From the NCBI RefSeq assembly GCF_009914755.1, contig NC_060925.1: a stretch of 64,000 nucleotides of DNA; one strand, given 5' to 3'. This stretch comes from the human T2T-CHM13v2.0 reference genome, Homo sapiens. Positions within the stretch are counted from its first letter, which is position 1, and every line of letters starts with the position of its first letter. Under the pieces are notes generated by a model, which was not told the origin of the DNA, did no database searches, and saw nothing but the letters and a program-made list of their open reading frames with translations. Below, one piece after another: positions 1-21,130 of the stretch. Made by a program: the position numbers and the translations under genes.

Positions 1-3000
1 AAAAATGCTAGAAATATCTCAAATCAGCACCCTAACATCACAATTAAAAGAGCTAAAGAAGCAGGAGCAAACAAATTCAAAAGCTAGCAGAAAACAAGAA
101 ATAACCCAAATCAGAGCAGAACTGAAGGAAGTAAAGACACAAAAAACTCTTCAAAAAATCAACAAATCCAAGAGCTGGTTTGCTGAAAAAATTAACAAAA
201 TAGATAGACCACTAGCTAGACTAATATAGAAAAAAAGAATGAATTAAATAGACACAATAAAAAATGATAAGGGGGAAATCACCACTGACCCCCCAGCACT
301 GCAAACTACCATCAGAGAACACTATTAACATCTATACACAAATAAACGGTAAAATCAAGAAGAAATGGGTAAATTCCTGGACGCATACACCCTCCCAAGA
401 CAAAGCCAGGAAGAAGTTGGATCCCTGAATAGACGAATAACAAGTTCTGAAATTGTGGCAGTAATTAATAGCCTACTGATAAAAAAAAGCTCAGGACCAG
501 GATTTCACAGCCAAATTCTACTAGACATACAAAGAGGAGCTGGCATCATTCCTTCTGAAACTATTCCAAACAATTGAAAAGGAGGGACTTCTCCCTAATT
601 CATTTTATGAGTCCAGCATCATTCTGATTCCAAAACCTGGCAGAGACACAACAGAAAAGAAAACTTCAGGGCAATATCCCTGATGAATATTGATGCGAAA
701 ATCCTCAACAAAATACTGGCAAAACAAATCCAGCAGCACATTCAAAAACTTATCCACCATGATCAGGTCAGCTTCATCCCCGGGACGCAAGCCTGGTTCA
801 ACATATACAAATCAACAAATGTAATCCATCACATAAACAGAACCAATGACAAAAACCACATGATTATCTCAATAGATGCCGAAAAGGCCTTCGATAAAAT
901 TCAACATTCCTTCATGTTAAAAACTCTCAATAAACCTGGTATTGTTGGAACATATTTCAAAATAATAAGAGCTATTTATGACAAACACACAGCCAATATC
1001 ATATTGAATGAGCAAAAGCTGGAAGCATTCCCTTTGAAAACCAGCACAAGACAAGGATGCCCTCTCTCACCACTCCTATGCATCATAGTATTGGAAGTTC
1101 TGTTCAGGGCAATCAGGCAAGGGAAAAAAGTAAATGGTACTCACGTAGGAAGAGAGGAAGTCAAATTGTCTCTGTTTGTGGACATGATTCTATATTTAGA
1201 AAACCCCATCACCTCAGCCCCAAAACTCCTTAAGCTGATAAGCAACTTCACAAAGTCTCGGGATACAAAATCAATGTGCAAAAATCACAAACATTTCCAT
1301 GCACCAACAATAGACAAGCAGAGAGCCAAATCATGAATGAACACTCATTCGCAATTGCTACAAAGAGAATAAAATACCTAGGAATACAGCTAACAAGGGA
1401 TGTCAAGGACCTCTTTAAGGAGAACTACAAACCACTGCTCAAGGAAATCAGAGAGGACACAAACAAATGGAAAAACATTCAATCCTCATGGATAAAAAGA
1501 ATCAATATCATTAAAATGGCCATACTGCCCAAGTAATTTATAGATTCAGTGCTATTCTCATCAAACTACCATTGACATTATTCACAGAATTAGAAAAAAC
1601 TACTTTAAATTCCATATGGAAGCAAAAAAGAGCCCATATAGCCAAGACAATCCTAAGCACAAAGAACAAAGCTGAAGACATCATGGTACCTGACTTCAAA
1701 CTATACTACAAGGCTACAGTATCCAAAACAACATGATACTGGCACCAAAACAGGTATATAGACCAACGAAACAGAACAGAGATCTCAGAAATAACACCAC
1801 ACTTCTACAATCATCTGATCTTCAACAATCCTGCCAAAAGCAAGCAATAGGGAAAAGATTCCCTATTTAATAAATGGTCTGGGAAAACTGGCTAGCCACA
1901 TGCAGAAAACCGAAACTGGACCCCTCCTTACACATTAAACAAAACTTAACATGGCTTAAAGACTTAAATGTAAGACCCCAAACCATACAAACCCTCGAAG
2001 AAAACCTAGGCAATAGCGTTCAGGACATAGGCGTGGGCAAAGACTTCATTACAAAAACACCAAAAGCAATTGCAACAAAAGCAAAATTGACAAATAGGAT
2101 CTAATCAAATTAAACAGCTTCTGCACAGCAAAAGAAACTATTATCAGGGTGAATAGGCAACCTACAGAATGGGAAAAAATTTTTGCAATCTACCCATCTG
2201 ACAAAGATCTAATATCCAGAATCTACAAGAAACTTAAATTTACAAGAAAAAAAAAAAATGACCCCATCAAAAAGTGGGCAAAGCATATGAACAGACACTT
2301 CTCAAAAGAAAACATTTACATGGCCAACAAACATATGAAAAAAAGTTCAACATCACTGATTAGAGAAATGCAAATCAAAACCACAATGAGATACCATCTC
2401 ACACCAGTCAGAATGGTGATTATTAAAAAGTCAAAAAATAATAGATGCTGGCAAGGCTGTGGAGAAATAGGAATGCTTTTACACTGTTGGTGGGAATGTA
2501 AATTAATTCAACTATTGTGGAATAAAGTATGGTGATTCGTCAAGGATCTAGAACCAGAAATACCATCTGACCCAGCAATCCCATTACTGAGTATATACCC
2601 GAAGGATTATAAATCATTCTGCTTTAAAGACACATGCACATGTATGTTTATTGCAGCACTACTTACAGTAGCAAAGTCATGGAACCAACCCAAATGCCCA
2701 TCAATGTTAGACTGGATAAAGAAAATGTGGTATATATACACCGTGGACTACTATGCAGCCATAAAAAGGAATGAAGATTATGTGCTTTGCAGGGACATGG
2801 ATGAAGCTGGAAGCCATCATTCTCAGCAAACTAACACAGGAACAGAAAATGAAATACCACATGTTCTCACTCATAAGTGGGAGTTGAACAATGAAAACAC
2901 ATGGACACAAGGAGGGGAACAACACACACCAGGGCCACTTGGGGGGTGGGTGGCAAGGGGAGGGAGAACATTAGGAGAAATAGCTAATGCATATGGGGCT

Positions 3001-3120
3001 TAAAACCTAGATGATGGGGTGATAGGTGCAGCAAACCAGCATGGCACACATAGACCTTTGTAACAAACCTAAACTTTCTGCACTTGTATCCCAGAACTTA
3101 AAGTTAAAAAAAAAGAAAAA
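1..3120 (+). mobile_element. LINE-1 (older L1PA, about PA8-PA11), ORF2 remnant plus 3' UTR and poly(A); continues off the left edge
   Basis: ORF track gives frameshifted ORF2p pieces (RT: [22 protein letters not shown]; C-terminal HCWWECKL). G-rich 3' UTR and A tail at about 3106-3120. Confidence 0.95.
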
Positions 3121-3380
3121 AGTGGCTTAATTTATTGAACACTTAATATATACCAGGGGCTTTTCTAAAGGATTTACTTGAGCTATTTTACATAAATCTC
3201 TAAGCAACTGTATTACTATTATCCAATTTTCATGTAAAGAAACTAAGGCAAAGAGAAGGCAATGTTTGGCCAAGGTCATGTATGTGATAAAGTAGTCAGA
3301 GCGCTCATATAAAAAAAATCAATATGAGATTATAAACATTTCCTTAAAACCAGAAGGTGATATTATATTTTTAAAATTTG

Positions 3381-3587
3381 GGCCAAGTGCAGTGGCTCAC
3401 GCCTGTAATCCCAACACTTTCCAAGACTGACATGGGAGGATTGCTTGAGCCCAAGAATTTCAGACCAGCAGGAGGGTTGTTGGAGCCCAAGAGTTAAAAG
3501 CTGCAGTGAGCTATGATCCTGCCCCTGCACTCTAGCCTGGGCAACAGAGTGAGACCCTGTCTCTAATAAAATATAAATAAATAAAAA
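3381..3587 (+). mobile_element. AluJ-like element with internal deletion (left arm fused to right arm)
   Basis: GGCCAAGTGCAGTGGCTCACGCCTGTAATCCC...GAGGATTGCTTGAGCCC...GCTGCAGTGAGCTATGATC...GAGACCCTGTCTC plus A-rich tail; about 100 bp shorter than a full dimer. Confidence 0.85.
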
Positions 3588-3944
3588 TTTAAAAATTAAC
3601 CTCTTCTGACTTGCAATTTTTCCTTTATAGAATCATTTTTATCCAATTACCTTCCTATTTGGCATAAGTAGCCTTTGAAAACCTGGTTGTATGCCAGTAT
3701 GCAGAGAGCTTGCATTGTTATTTAGTGGCAACTCAGCAAAGTCTTCCAGCCTTTGAACACAGCATGGTTACATTATTATAAGTATCCTTACAAAAATTAT
3801 CTTCAAGTTATACATACTATTTCAGTTTATACTTTTAGGATGTTATTAAATACTAATCATCTTCCTAAATTTAAGAAACTCATTTTTCACAGTTTTTTTA
3901 ATGCAATCTGAATTATGGTAAGTAAATTGTTTTACTAGTTTATA

Positions 3945-4515
3945 TATTTTGTTCAGCTTTATTAAGGCATAATTAATCAATTAAAATTATATATATTTAC
4001 AGAATACAATACGTTTTGATATAGGTATACATTGTCAAATGATTAAATCAAACAAAATTAACATAGCCATTACCTCACATATCTTTTTTGTGTGTGTGGT
4101 GAGAACGTTTGAGATCTAATCTCTGCAGTTTTTAAGTATACATTACATTATTAACTATACTCTAATGTAACTAGACTTACATTAGATCTCTAGAATTTAT
4201 TCATCCAGTCTAAAAGAAACTTTGTATCCTTTAACCAACATCTCCCCCAGTGCCTCCCACCACCCTTCAGCTGCTGGCAACCTAGGCCCACTCTCCTCTT
4301 CTATGAGTTCAACCTTTTAATATTCCACATATAAGTGAGATCATGCAATATTTGTCTTTCTGTCCCTGACTGATTTCAAATAGCATGATGTCCTCCAAGT
4401 TCATCCATGTCATACATGACAGGATTTTATTCTTTTTTAAGGCTGAAAAGTATTTCAATTATTCCATTGATGGACACTTAGGTTAATTCCATATCTTGGC
4501 TATTGTGAATAATAG
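3945..4515 (-). mobile_element. Old L1M (L1MA/L1MB-like) 3' end
   Basis: Typical antisense L1M 3' motifs (TTCCACATATAAGTGAGATCATGCAATATTTGTCTTTCTG; GATGGACACTTAGGTTAATTCCATATCTTGGCTATTGTGAATAAT). Confidence 0.8.
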
Positions 4516-4648
4516 GTAGGCAAATATTATTTTAAAATTAAAAGATGCCCTAACTACTTGAACCCAAGGTGAATTTTTTCTAAAAATAAATAAAATTTCA
4601 CATAGTGTATGTATATATACACATATACATATATAGTATATTTATATG

Positions 4649-4649
<1 letters not shown>

Positions 4650-4680
<31 letters not shown>
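4650..4680. repeat. (TG)n microsatellite about 60 bp upstream of an exon acceptor
   Basis: Direct read of the GT dinucleotide run. Confidence 0.95.
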
Positions 4681-4684
<4 letters not shown>

Positions 4685-4743
4685 TACTGATTGAAGAAAA
4701 AAGCCCTAATATTATCCTCAAATAAGGCCTTTGTCTTTTACAG

Positions 4744-4896
4744 ATTAATGGAGGCATTCGAAGTATGGCAATTCGACACTTTGGTCAATTAGTTAGGGAT
4801 ATGAGACAGTACACATGGATGGTGAATGATGTGGTTCTAGAAGGCTTGGTGCCCCTAATCCTATTTTTGGAGGATGATGATAAAAGAGTAGCTGAA
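4744..4896 (+). CDS. MROH9: Coding exon of maestro HEAT-like repeat protein: INGGIRSMAIRHFGQLVRDMRQYTWMVNDVVLEGLVPLILFLEDDDKRVAE
   Basis: Acceptor ctttgtcttttacag, donor GAA|gtaagt; 153 nt, phase 0/0. Motifs R.MAI..FG.L and LVPL.L.L.D...VA are typical of MROH-family C-terminal HEAT repeats. The gene symbol is recalled and less certain than the family. Confidence 0.85.
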
Positions 4897-4997
4897 GTAA
4901 GTCATTTGATCTTCTTTTTCATAAATTTACCAAGGATTGTAATGTTTTATCTAACAACAGATGAATAGATCTTCACCGGCCTTTTTCTGTCTCACAG

Positions 4998-5114
4998 GCA
5001 TGTAAATATACATTAAAAATCTGTACCTCACAATTAAAGTGGTCAACATCACGTTTGCTCAAAGATGAAAATTACAGTTTTGAGATGGTGGTGCTCAATA
5101 TCTGTAACAATCTT
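4998..5114 (+). CDS. MROH9: Coding exon: ACKYTLKICTSQLKWSTSRLLKDENYSFEMVVLNICNNL
   Basis: Acceptor ctttttctgtctcacag, donor CTT|gtaagt; 117 nt, phase 0/0; in frame with the previous exon across a 101-nt intron. Confidence 0.85.
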
Positions 5115-5666
5115 GTAAGTGGCCCTTCCATTTTTACTACTATAAGAGTTGTAGACAAAACTTACAGGATATCCAAAGTGATAAAAACTGTAATGGGGAT
5201 AAGAGTGGATCTTGGAGGAAAAAAATGGAAGAAAATATTTTAAATAAGTGATTATAGCTGGAGCTTGAGCCGAGAGGAATTAGAATTTTCCACTTCCTAT
5301 TTCTCAACACTGATCATCCATCTTATCTTCTTCCTCCAGCCCACCCATTTTGAGCTATGGGTGGGTATTAAGGTAGGAAGAACATCCCAGATCACAAAAA
5401 AGAAAACTAGAATTACTTTGCCACTGCCTCTTGAGCTAGTCCTCTGAAACCCAGCATGAACAGCAATGATAGCCAAGTGGGGATGGATGAATGCTAATCA
5501 AAGAATGGAAAAAGAGAGTTGAGTTTGGGAACAAGAGTATAGTTCACACAAAAGCATCCCCAATTTCTAATTTGGTCCTGATTTGGTATGTTGAAGCCTT
5601 TCTGGAGGGAGCAAATGTTCTATTTCAGCAATCGAGTGAGGTGCTTTTTTCCCTTTTTATTCTCAG

Positions 5667-5769
5667 ATTATTTCTCATAGGAACTACATTACAGATTTGA
5701 CATCTGATACCTTACGATTCCTGTGGAGCCCCAGAACATATCTTAAGAGGGCATCGGTTATTTTGATAG
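5667..5769 (+). CDS. MROH9: Coding exon: IISHRNYITDLTSDTLRFLWSPRTYLKRASVILI(G)
   Basis: Acceptor tttttattctcag, donor G|gtaaat; 103 nt, phase 0/1; open frame that the ORF track does not report. Confidence 0.85.
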
Positions 5770-6498
5770 GTAAATATAATTCAGTTCTCAATTCCTAACT
5801 TGTCTTAAATGGTATAGAATGGAGAAGAAACTAAAAGTCTTTCTTACATTTTTTTTAATGTCTCTGTTTATGAGGGACAGCACCTGTGATGGTGATGAAT
5901 ACAGGTTGATACGTGTGATGAGAATAGAGTTCTATTTTATAATACACAGAGAATATAGCTGTATGGTTGATTATTATGCAAAATGTGTTCAGCAAAATGG
6001 ATTTCAAAACTTAAGACAGTGACATACCATTGTTCATTTTTCCCCTTCACCACTTAAAAATTACTACCCAAAGAATAAGAATAATTTAAAAATATATAAA
6101 AACATCATCTTCGACCAAACTTGGACATCTGTAACCACAAACTACAATAGATGAGGAAGAACTACCAAACCCACTAAAGTTTTAAAAAAGTGGAAACAGG
6201 CAGGGGCAACCCAGGAAGACTCTAAGACTAGACAAGTTTTTTATATCAGACAAACCTGACCACACAGTTTTTCTGTACTAGCTCTCACTGTGAAAATAAA
6301 AATTAATTATTCTTTATTTTGGAATTCCCAGCTTAGTAGTGAGTCTCCAACTTGGCAGTCGGATCTTCCCTTGACCCCAGTTAGCATCATGGAGTAACAG
6401 GAACAGCAAAGAATGAGGAAATACATGGTCACATCATACATATAGAGAGGAGGCTCTCGGTCAGGGTAGATGACAAAATGAATTATGATCAGCACTAA

Positions 6499-6921
<423 letters not shown>

Positions 6922-7429
6922 AATAGTAACTTTATTTCAGACCAGAAATAATCCCTGCTATCCTGAATTCTACCTTGGAAGTTCCCACAAATAAACCTCT
7001 GTATATAACTATTGCAAGATTGGTAAATAAGTAATTTTAAAAAAGAAACAGCATTATCTTTCTACAGAGGTACTTCAAGGGAAAAAAGAGACAAAAGAAT
7101 GAAGAAAAACAAACCTTAGAAAATATGTCGATAGAGCAGATGAAAGTTATGATAAATATTTCCATGAATCCAAAACATTTTAAAATGAAGATCTAAAGTA
7201 TAGACACAAGCATACAGGGAATCTGGGATGGGATAATGGGAGCATATGAAAAATAAGCTTTCGAAGTACAAGGGGGAAAAAGTAAGAAAAAACGTATATC
7301 ACCAAAAATGAAAATTAAATTACAACCAGCAAAAGAGAAAATATTTGTTGAGAACTCAGTAAGGGACAAGGAGTACAGGGTTGAGAAATGTTAGCAAAAT
7401 CAAACAAAAACCATCAATGAAAAATTCTT

Positions 7430-14095
<6,666 letters not shown>

Positions 14096-14939
14096 AAAAT
14101 TCTTAAAATTAGGGAACAATAGTAGATATAGATGATAGAAAAAAGAAATGCAAATATGAGCAAGTGATATCCCTGAAGAAGAGAAATGAAAAACTACAAC
14201 AGAGCAAAAGTCTTCAAATATATAATTTAAGAAATAAAGATGACTTGATTAAATATACTGAGATAAGGAATCATTTTTTCAAGAAATATTTTATACAGAA
14301 TGCAACATTAAGGCATTTTGTAATAAAGTTATGGAACTGCACGATTCCATAAGAATTCTTCAACAATTCTTTATGCATTCAGACAAAAAAAATTACCTAC
14401 AAATTTTAAAAATAGAGAAACTGTCATTAAACTTCTTTACTTCAATATTCCATATTTTATAGTTGAATACTAAAAAAACTTTTATAGTATTCAACTATAA
14501 AATATAGAATATTGCTTACAAATTCCTAAGTGAAGAGAAAATTGTGACTGAAGAATTTTATATCCAGCACAATTTTATCCAGCTATACAGATAACAGAAC
14601 ATTATTTTCAAAAAGACAAGAACTCAGGATGAAATCATCATCATGAATTCTTCTTGAAGACATTATTAGAGGATGGAATTCATCTAACTAATGGATGAAT
14701 GGATGAACTATTGCAAAAAGACATCCAGTATCTATTTAACTGTAGGACTCTCATCTGCCAATCAAGTCTCTACTACTTTTTATTTTTCTCTATGCCTTGG
14801 AAGGCTGACCTCTGCATTCTGTATCTCCCAAGCTCCCTTGCCAGCTTGCTTCCTGATGGGTACAACACTTAATGTCCATTAATGCATTTAATGAGCAGAG
14901 GTATGCTTAATATTCAGAAATAATTATGACAGTGCTATT

Positions 14940-17900
14940 CACAAATGCTTGTCCCATCTAGAATCCTTACTGAGCATCTGTTTAAAAATACTGATCAACA
15001 GGCTCAGTCCAAGTGTCATAAATATACTATCAGATAATTTCATAGATCTTGATAAGTTGATTCTAAATGTTTGTGGAATAGCAAAAGGCCAAGATACTCC
15101 TGAAGGAAAAAAAATTGGGGCTACTAGTTTCACCAGATACCAAGATTTATTATAAAGCTACAGAATTTTAGATAGTCTGTTACTCATTCAAGGAAAGACA
15201 AACAGACCTGTGGAACAGAATAGAAAGCCTATAAACAGATCCACACATATACCTAATATATATCAGAACTGGCAGTGTATATCAGACCGGCAAATGATGG
15301 GCTGCCTAACGAAAGGTGCAACGACAATTGGAAGTGCACAAACAAAAGGACTCCTGACACCCTACACAAAAATTAATTCTAGAAGAATCAAACAATGTAA
15401 ACATAAAACACAAATATTTAAAAACTTTTAGAAGAAAATGTAAGATAATATCTTCATAACTGAAGATAAACAAAATATTTCTAAAGACAAAAAATTTAAA
15501 AATCAAGCAACAAGCTGAGAGAAATATTTGCACATGTGCAACTAAAATGTATTAATTTTGATATATTAATTATAATAACTTAGAAAAAGACAAAAAATCC
15601 AATAGATCAAAAAATAAAACGTACAAAAAATAATAATAAATATAAAGAGGAAGTTCAAAAAAGAGAAAACATAGAGACAAATAATCATGTAAAACATGTT
15701 CAACAATATTAATAATCAGAAACATGCAAATTAGAACAATAACAACCCATTTCACACCAATAAAGTAGCAACGTTTTTTAAAATATAAAAAAATAAAAAC
15801 TGATGTTAAAATTGAAAGCTTCTCTTCACCAAATTATGTTAAAAGGCAACCACCAAATGGAAGAAGATATTTACAACACATATATCTGGCAAAGAATCAC
15901 ATTAGAATATATAAAGAATTCATGTAAATTTATAAGAAAAAAACCACCTAATAGAAAAATGAGTAATAAATGACACTTTTCAGAAAAGGACAGACAAATT
16001 ACCAATAAACATATAAAAAGATATTTGACTCCATTGTTCATTTGGAAAATGCAAATTGAAACCATAAGATACCATTATACATCCAACATAAAGTGTAGAA
16101 TAAAGACTAACAATCTCAACTGTTGTCAAGGATATGGAGCAAACAGAACTCTGTTATATGCTGTTGGCGGAGAAAATTCTTAAACCACTTTGGAAAGCTG
16201 TTTAGCTATATCTGATAAAGCCGAACACATAGATATCCTATGACTCAGGAATTCTATAAAATCTCACAGAAATACATACATGTGTTCACAAAAGATATGT
16301 ACTAGAATATTCAAAGCAGCATTACTAGTTATAACCCAATCCTCCAAATCAACAGTTAGATGAATATATTGATGTAGATTCACACAATGAAATACTACAT
16401 ACCAATGGAAAAAAATCAACTTCATTCACAATGTAGAGGAAGCTTACAACGTTGAAATAAAAGCCAGTCACAAAAAGTACATATTGTACAATTCCATTGA
16501 TATAAAACACAAAAACAGCTAGAACTAAAGAGTTATTAAACTCAGGGTAGCGTTTACACTTGGGGAGAAAATAAAAGGGAGCCTCGGAGAGAGTTTCTGG
16601 ATTACTGGTAATGTCTTGTGTCTTGACCTTAGATGTGGTCACTGTGTGAACATTCCATGTGCTGTACTTTTATATGTGTACTTTTTCATACATGCGTTAT
16701 ACCTAGATGTTTAAAATTAAAGTTTTATGTATATATACATACCAAGAGTTGAAAAGTGTGTGAAATAATGGGAATTTTTGTTGCTTGTAGTGGGAACAGA
16801 AATTGATATAAACACTCAGAAAATAATTTGACATCATCTTATAAGCTAAAGTTGAGCATAATGTTCCTATAAATCTGTAATACCATTTTTAACTATGTAC
16901 CTTAGACTCTCTCACACAGGTGCATCTGGAGACATGTAGAAGTTTATTGCCCTATTATTAGTAATATCAGATAAATTAGAAATAATCCAAATGTCTGTCA
17001 CAAGTAGAATGGATAAATAATTTATGTATTGTCACAAATGCAACAGCAAATAGCAAGGAATTTTATTACAAAAAATAAAAATAAATAAATAAATAAACGC
17101 TATCTTTACACTCACCAGAATAGATGAATACAAAAATAAAAAAAAAAAACTTTGAGTAAAATGAATAAAAGCAAAAAACGAAACCCAAAGAATACATACT
17201 ATTTATATATGGATGAAAGCAGACACTACTAAAACATTATTTGGGAATTCACATTAATTTTCTGGAAAACAGTAAGAAAAATCAAGGAAATGGTCAACAT
17301 AAAATTCAACATACTAGTTTATCTAGAAGGAGGGGGAGGAAAAAATAGCGTTTATGAAAGGACACACAAGAGGCTTCAAGAGCACAAGTATTTTTTATTT
17401 TTTAAGTCCATAGGTAGGATATTATATCTATTCTTTTATATACTTTTAATTTAAAAATACATGTTTTAAATTATGCTAATCTCAAAGCAACTAACTCATT
17501 AAAAAATACAGTGAAAGAAAATATCCCATTTATAGTAGGTAAAAAATAAAGAAGGAAATAAAAAATGAGGAAGAAAAGGAGGAAGGGAGGAATGACGGAG
17601 GGAGAGAGGAAAAAGAGAGGGAGGGAGAAAAAGAAAGAAGGAAGGAAGGAAGACTTTTGGAAGAAAGTAAGAAGGGAGATGGGAGATAGGGAGAGGAAGA
17701 AAAGAAGGAAGGATAGACAGAAGAAAGGAAGGGAGGTCTAAAAATAAACTTTAAAATATATGCAATATTTCTATGAAGAAAATTGCAAACATTACTGAAG
17801 GACACAAAGACTGAAAATAGAAAGGTATAAACCCTATTTTAGGAAAAAAAAGAATAAAAATTTTAAAAGTGTCAATTTTTTTTTCTAAATGAATCTATGC

Positions 17901-18910
17901 ATGGAATGAAATGCCAATTAAAATATCCTTAGGATTTTCTTCAACATTGCTTGCTGATTCTAAAATTAAAGTAGAAAAGTTAGCATGCAAGAATAATGGA
18001 AACTCTAACTGAAAAGAATAATGACAGAGGACTAGCCCTATCATACATCAATATAGCTTTAGTAATTAAAATCACATGGAATGAATAGACAGATAAATAG
18101 GACATAATACCATCCAGAAATAACCCCCTAAACATGCAATATTTTAGAAAGTGAATCATTGACCTTAACTAACAGTGATGAAAATATGGAATGTTTGTTA
18201 AATGACATTGGGACACCTGCTGAGCCATCTGGAATTTTTAGAATAATTTTACTCCCATTTTATTTCTTACACGAAACAAAATCCAGATGGTCACAAGTTC
18301 AAATGTTAAAAAAGGAAACTATAATAATAAATAAAATCAAATTAAATAATTTGGAAAAATTGGCTGAGTTGGGGAAGATCTTGCTAAGTAAGAGTCAAAA
18401 GAAGCCATAAAGAAAAGATTGATAACTATGTAAAAATGAAACGGTATTGCAAAGCAAAACTACTATAAACAAAGTAAAAAGCCAAATTTGGATGAAATAT
18501 TTACATTTATCATGAATTCTCACTGTCTAAAGAATCTTTACTAACCCATGAGAAAAAGTAACAATAGAAAAATGGACGAAGTACACACCAAAAAAAAATC
18601 ATTTGGCTCTTAAGCATTAAAATTTTCACAAATTTTTCCAAAAGTGATGCAAACAATGTTTCTATCCATTGAGTTGACAAAGATGCAAAGTTTTGTACTA
18701 CCCAGTTTTGGCCAGGTTGCAGGAAGTGAGCAATCACTTACATTACTGGTGAGACCATAAATCATTACTTTCTCTAAGAAGAACAATTTGGCAAAATCTA
18801 TCAAAATGTGAAATGCATATTCTTTTGACTCAGTAATCTCCTCTCAAGAGAATATATCCTCAGATACAGTCACACATGGGAGAAATGATGTGTGTACATA
18901 GATATTTATT
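14940..18910 (+). mobile_element. Patchwork of highly decayed L1M (L1MC/MD/ME-like) ORF2 and 3' fragments
   Basis: Degenerate L1 motifs ([14 protein letters not shown]; ACCACTTTGGAAAGCTGTTTAGC; TATGACTCAGGAATTC). Boundaries approximate. Confidence 0.7.
17545..17740. repeat. GA-rich low-complexity tract
   Basis: (GGAA/GGGA)-like polypurine run. Confidence 0.9.
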
Positions 18911-19639
18911 GCATCATTGTACACTGCCATCTCACCTTAGCATGTGGCTTTTATCCTTGTGTTTTCTGATTACCTTCAGCATTTTAAAAGTGTTACAGCA
19001 AGAAACAAACAAAAAAAGTAAAAGACAAAAGATGTGCTTTCCAACTGGGTCAGCCCAATTTTACAAGGCTTTCAAAGTCCCCAACCTGTGACTTATCTTA
19101 CAGTCATAATGACCAGAACTGTCATAGTGACACCATTAGTTCAAGAGATGCTTGGAAATATAGTTATTTAAATGGTCAAGAAGGGGATCATGGTGTTAAC
19201 AGCTAGTAGTATGTCACAATTGTCAATATTTAAAAAGTGAGAGATCTCATAGAAGTTTCTGGGATTCCAGTTATTCATGAAGAAAAAAAAAAGGAAGATG
19301 AAGCTATACTGAACCTGCATTTCTGCATGGTAGCAACCCGGATGTAGCTGACCATCAGCTTCACTTGTGGATGAAGCCTGTACTTCCTGTTCACCACACT
19401 CCCCACCACCACCAAATGCATTCTTCCACACAGTTGAGATCACATGCTTACCTACCTAGGCCTTGGCATTTTGGTTAATTTGACATAATTTCCAAAGCAT
19501 CAAATTCTGTTTGAAAGTTCATTTGTGACTTTCAAAAAAACAGTTTCCGTAGAGCCATTTAATTTGTAGGTCTTTTTGCATAATGTTTCCACCTATTTTG
19601 TTCATTTGGTGGTAACATTGTATTTATGAAATAAGTATC

Positions 19640-20000
19640 TGCAGTTGTAAGAACAATCCAAATATAACTGTGGTTTAAACAACATAATAATTTATTTCTC
19701 TCTCATGCAATAGTCCAAGCATACGTAAACTAGGGCCAGCTCTTTTGCTGCTCTAGCATTCTCATCACATAGTTTCCCATATCAGCTCCAAAATGTTTGC
19801 TCCAGCTCCTGCAACCACTTCTACATTCCAGTTGGTTGGAAAGAAACAAAAATATCAAGAGGTCACACACACTTCTTTGAAGAGCAAATATAACTTCTGC
19901 TAAATTATCATTAGCCCATATCATAGACATATCCTCCCGCTTAGCTGTGAAGAAGGCTTAAAAATCTAGTTGTTAGCTGGGTGGCCAGCTAACTCTCAGT
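19640..20000. mobile_element. Old MaLR (MLT1-like) LTR fragment; a similar fragment lies at about 18930-19165
   Basis: Degenerate MLT1-type motifs (GTGGTTTAAACAACATAATAATTTATTTCTCTCTCATG; CAGCTCCTGCAACCACTTCTACATTCCAG). Confidence 0.5.
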
Positions 20001-20402
20001 AATTTAGTAAAACCACTAAAGAAAAAAAAGAAATTTGACATTAGGGGGAATTAATACTTGTTAGCATGAGAAATTTTCATTCATTTATCTACCTAATCTT
20101 AAAAGGAAATACATTGGAATACAAAATCAAACAGAAAGAAAAGCACACTAATAAAGGACGTCCCACAAAACAAGTTTTTTTAAAAGCATTATTCTTAAAT
20201 TGCTAAGCCCATGCTCCACCTGCCAATAAGAGTATCTTGAGCTTTACTGCCAGTTGATTGTATTATGAAAATGATCATGTGATTTTTGTGGTCACTATTT
20301 TTACTAAAGCAAAGAAAAAATATAAAATATTGGTTTGATAAGCAAAGAAAATCCTCCTTTGAGACAACATAGATGATCCCTCCTGAAAAAAGGGGAAAAC
20401 AA

Positions 20403-20900
20403 GAGACAACATAGATGAACCTAGAGGACGTTAAAATAAGTGAAATAAACCAAAGACAGAAACATACTGCATAATCTCACTTATATGTGAAATCTTTTTT
20501 AAAAAGTCAAATAGATAGAAATGTAAAGTATAATGGTGGTTACCAGGAGCAAGGGCACAAGAAATGGGAAGATGTAAATCAAAGGGTATATACATCAAAG
20601 GGTGCAAAGTTGCAGTTATGTAAGATAAATCTAGAGAGCTAATGTATAGCATGAAAACTGTACTTAATAATATTGTATTACATACTTACATACCATACAT
20701 TTGCTAAGAGAGTACATCTTAGGTGTTTTTAGCTAAAAGAACACTTAAAATACAACACATTTGTGTGTGTTACACACAAAAAGGGTAACTATGTGAGATG
20801 ATAGATACGTTAACTTGCTTGAGTGTTGTATTCATTTCGCTAGGTATATGTATATCAAAATGTTATGTTATATACCTTAAATATACACAACAGAAAAACA
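20403..20900 (+). mobile_element. L1MA/L1MB-like 3' end
   Basis: ATGAACCTAGAGGACGTTAAAATAAGTGAAATAAACC...GGTAACTATGTGAGATGATAGATACGTTAAC...TATACCTTAAATATACACAA. Confidence 0.8.
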
Positions 20901-20959
20901 AATTTTATTTTCTGATTACTCAAGTAAAAAATAGATAATCTTGCATTTAAACCTCAGAA

Positions 20960-21130
20960 TGGACACCCTCTAGCCATGTGACCTTTACCAAGTTACTTAA
21001 TCTCTATGAACTTTAGTGTTACTATCTGTAAAATGAGGATAATAAGAATAGCTTCACAAAATGGGTGTGAGTAGTAATTGAAACAAAGCACTCAGGAGAG
21101 TGTCTAGCATATGGCAGTTGTTCAATCCTT
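20960..21130. mobile_element. MIR
   Basis: MIR core: TGTGACCTTTACCAAGTTACTTAATCTCTATGAACTTTAGTGTTACTATCTGTAAAATGAGGATAATAA. Confidence 0.75.

Noticed and set aside
17530-17805. Ser/Phe/Pro-rich ORF (also 54356-54616)
   Set aside because: Translation of GA-rich low-complexity tracts.
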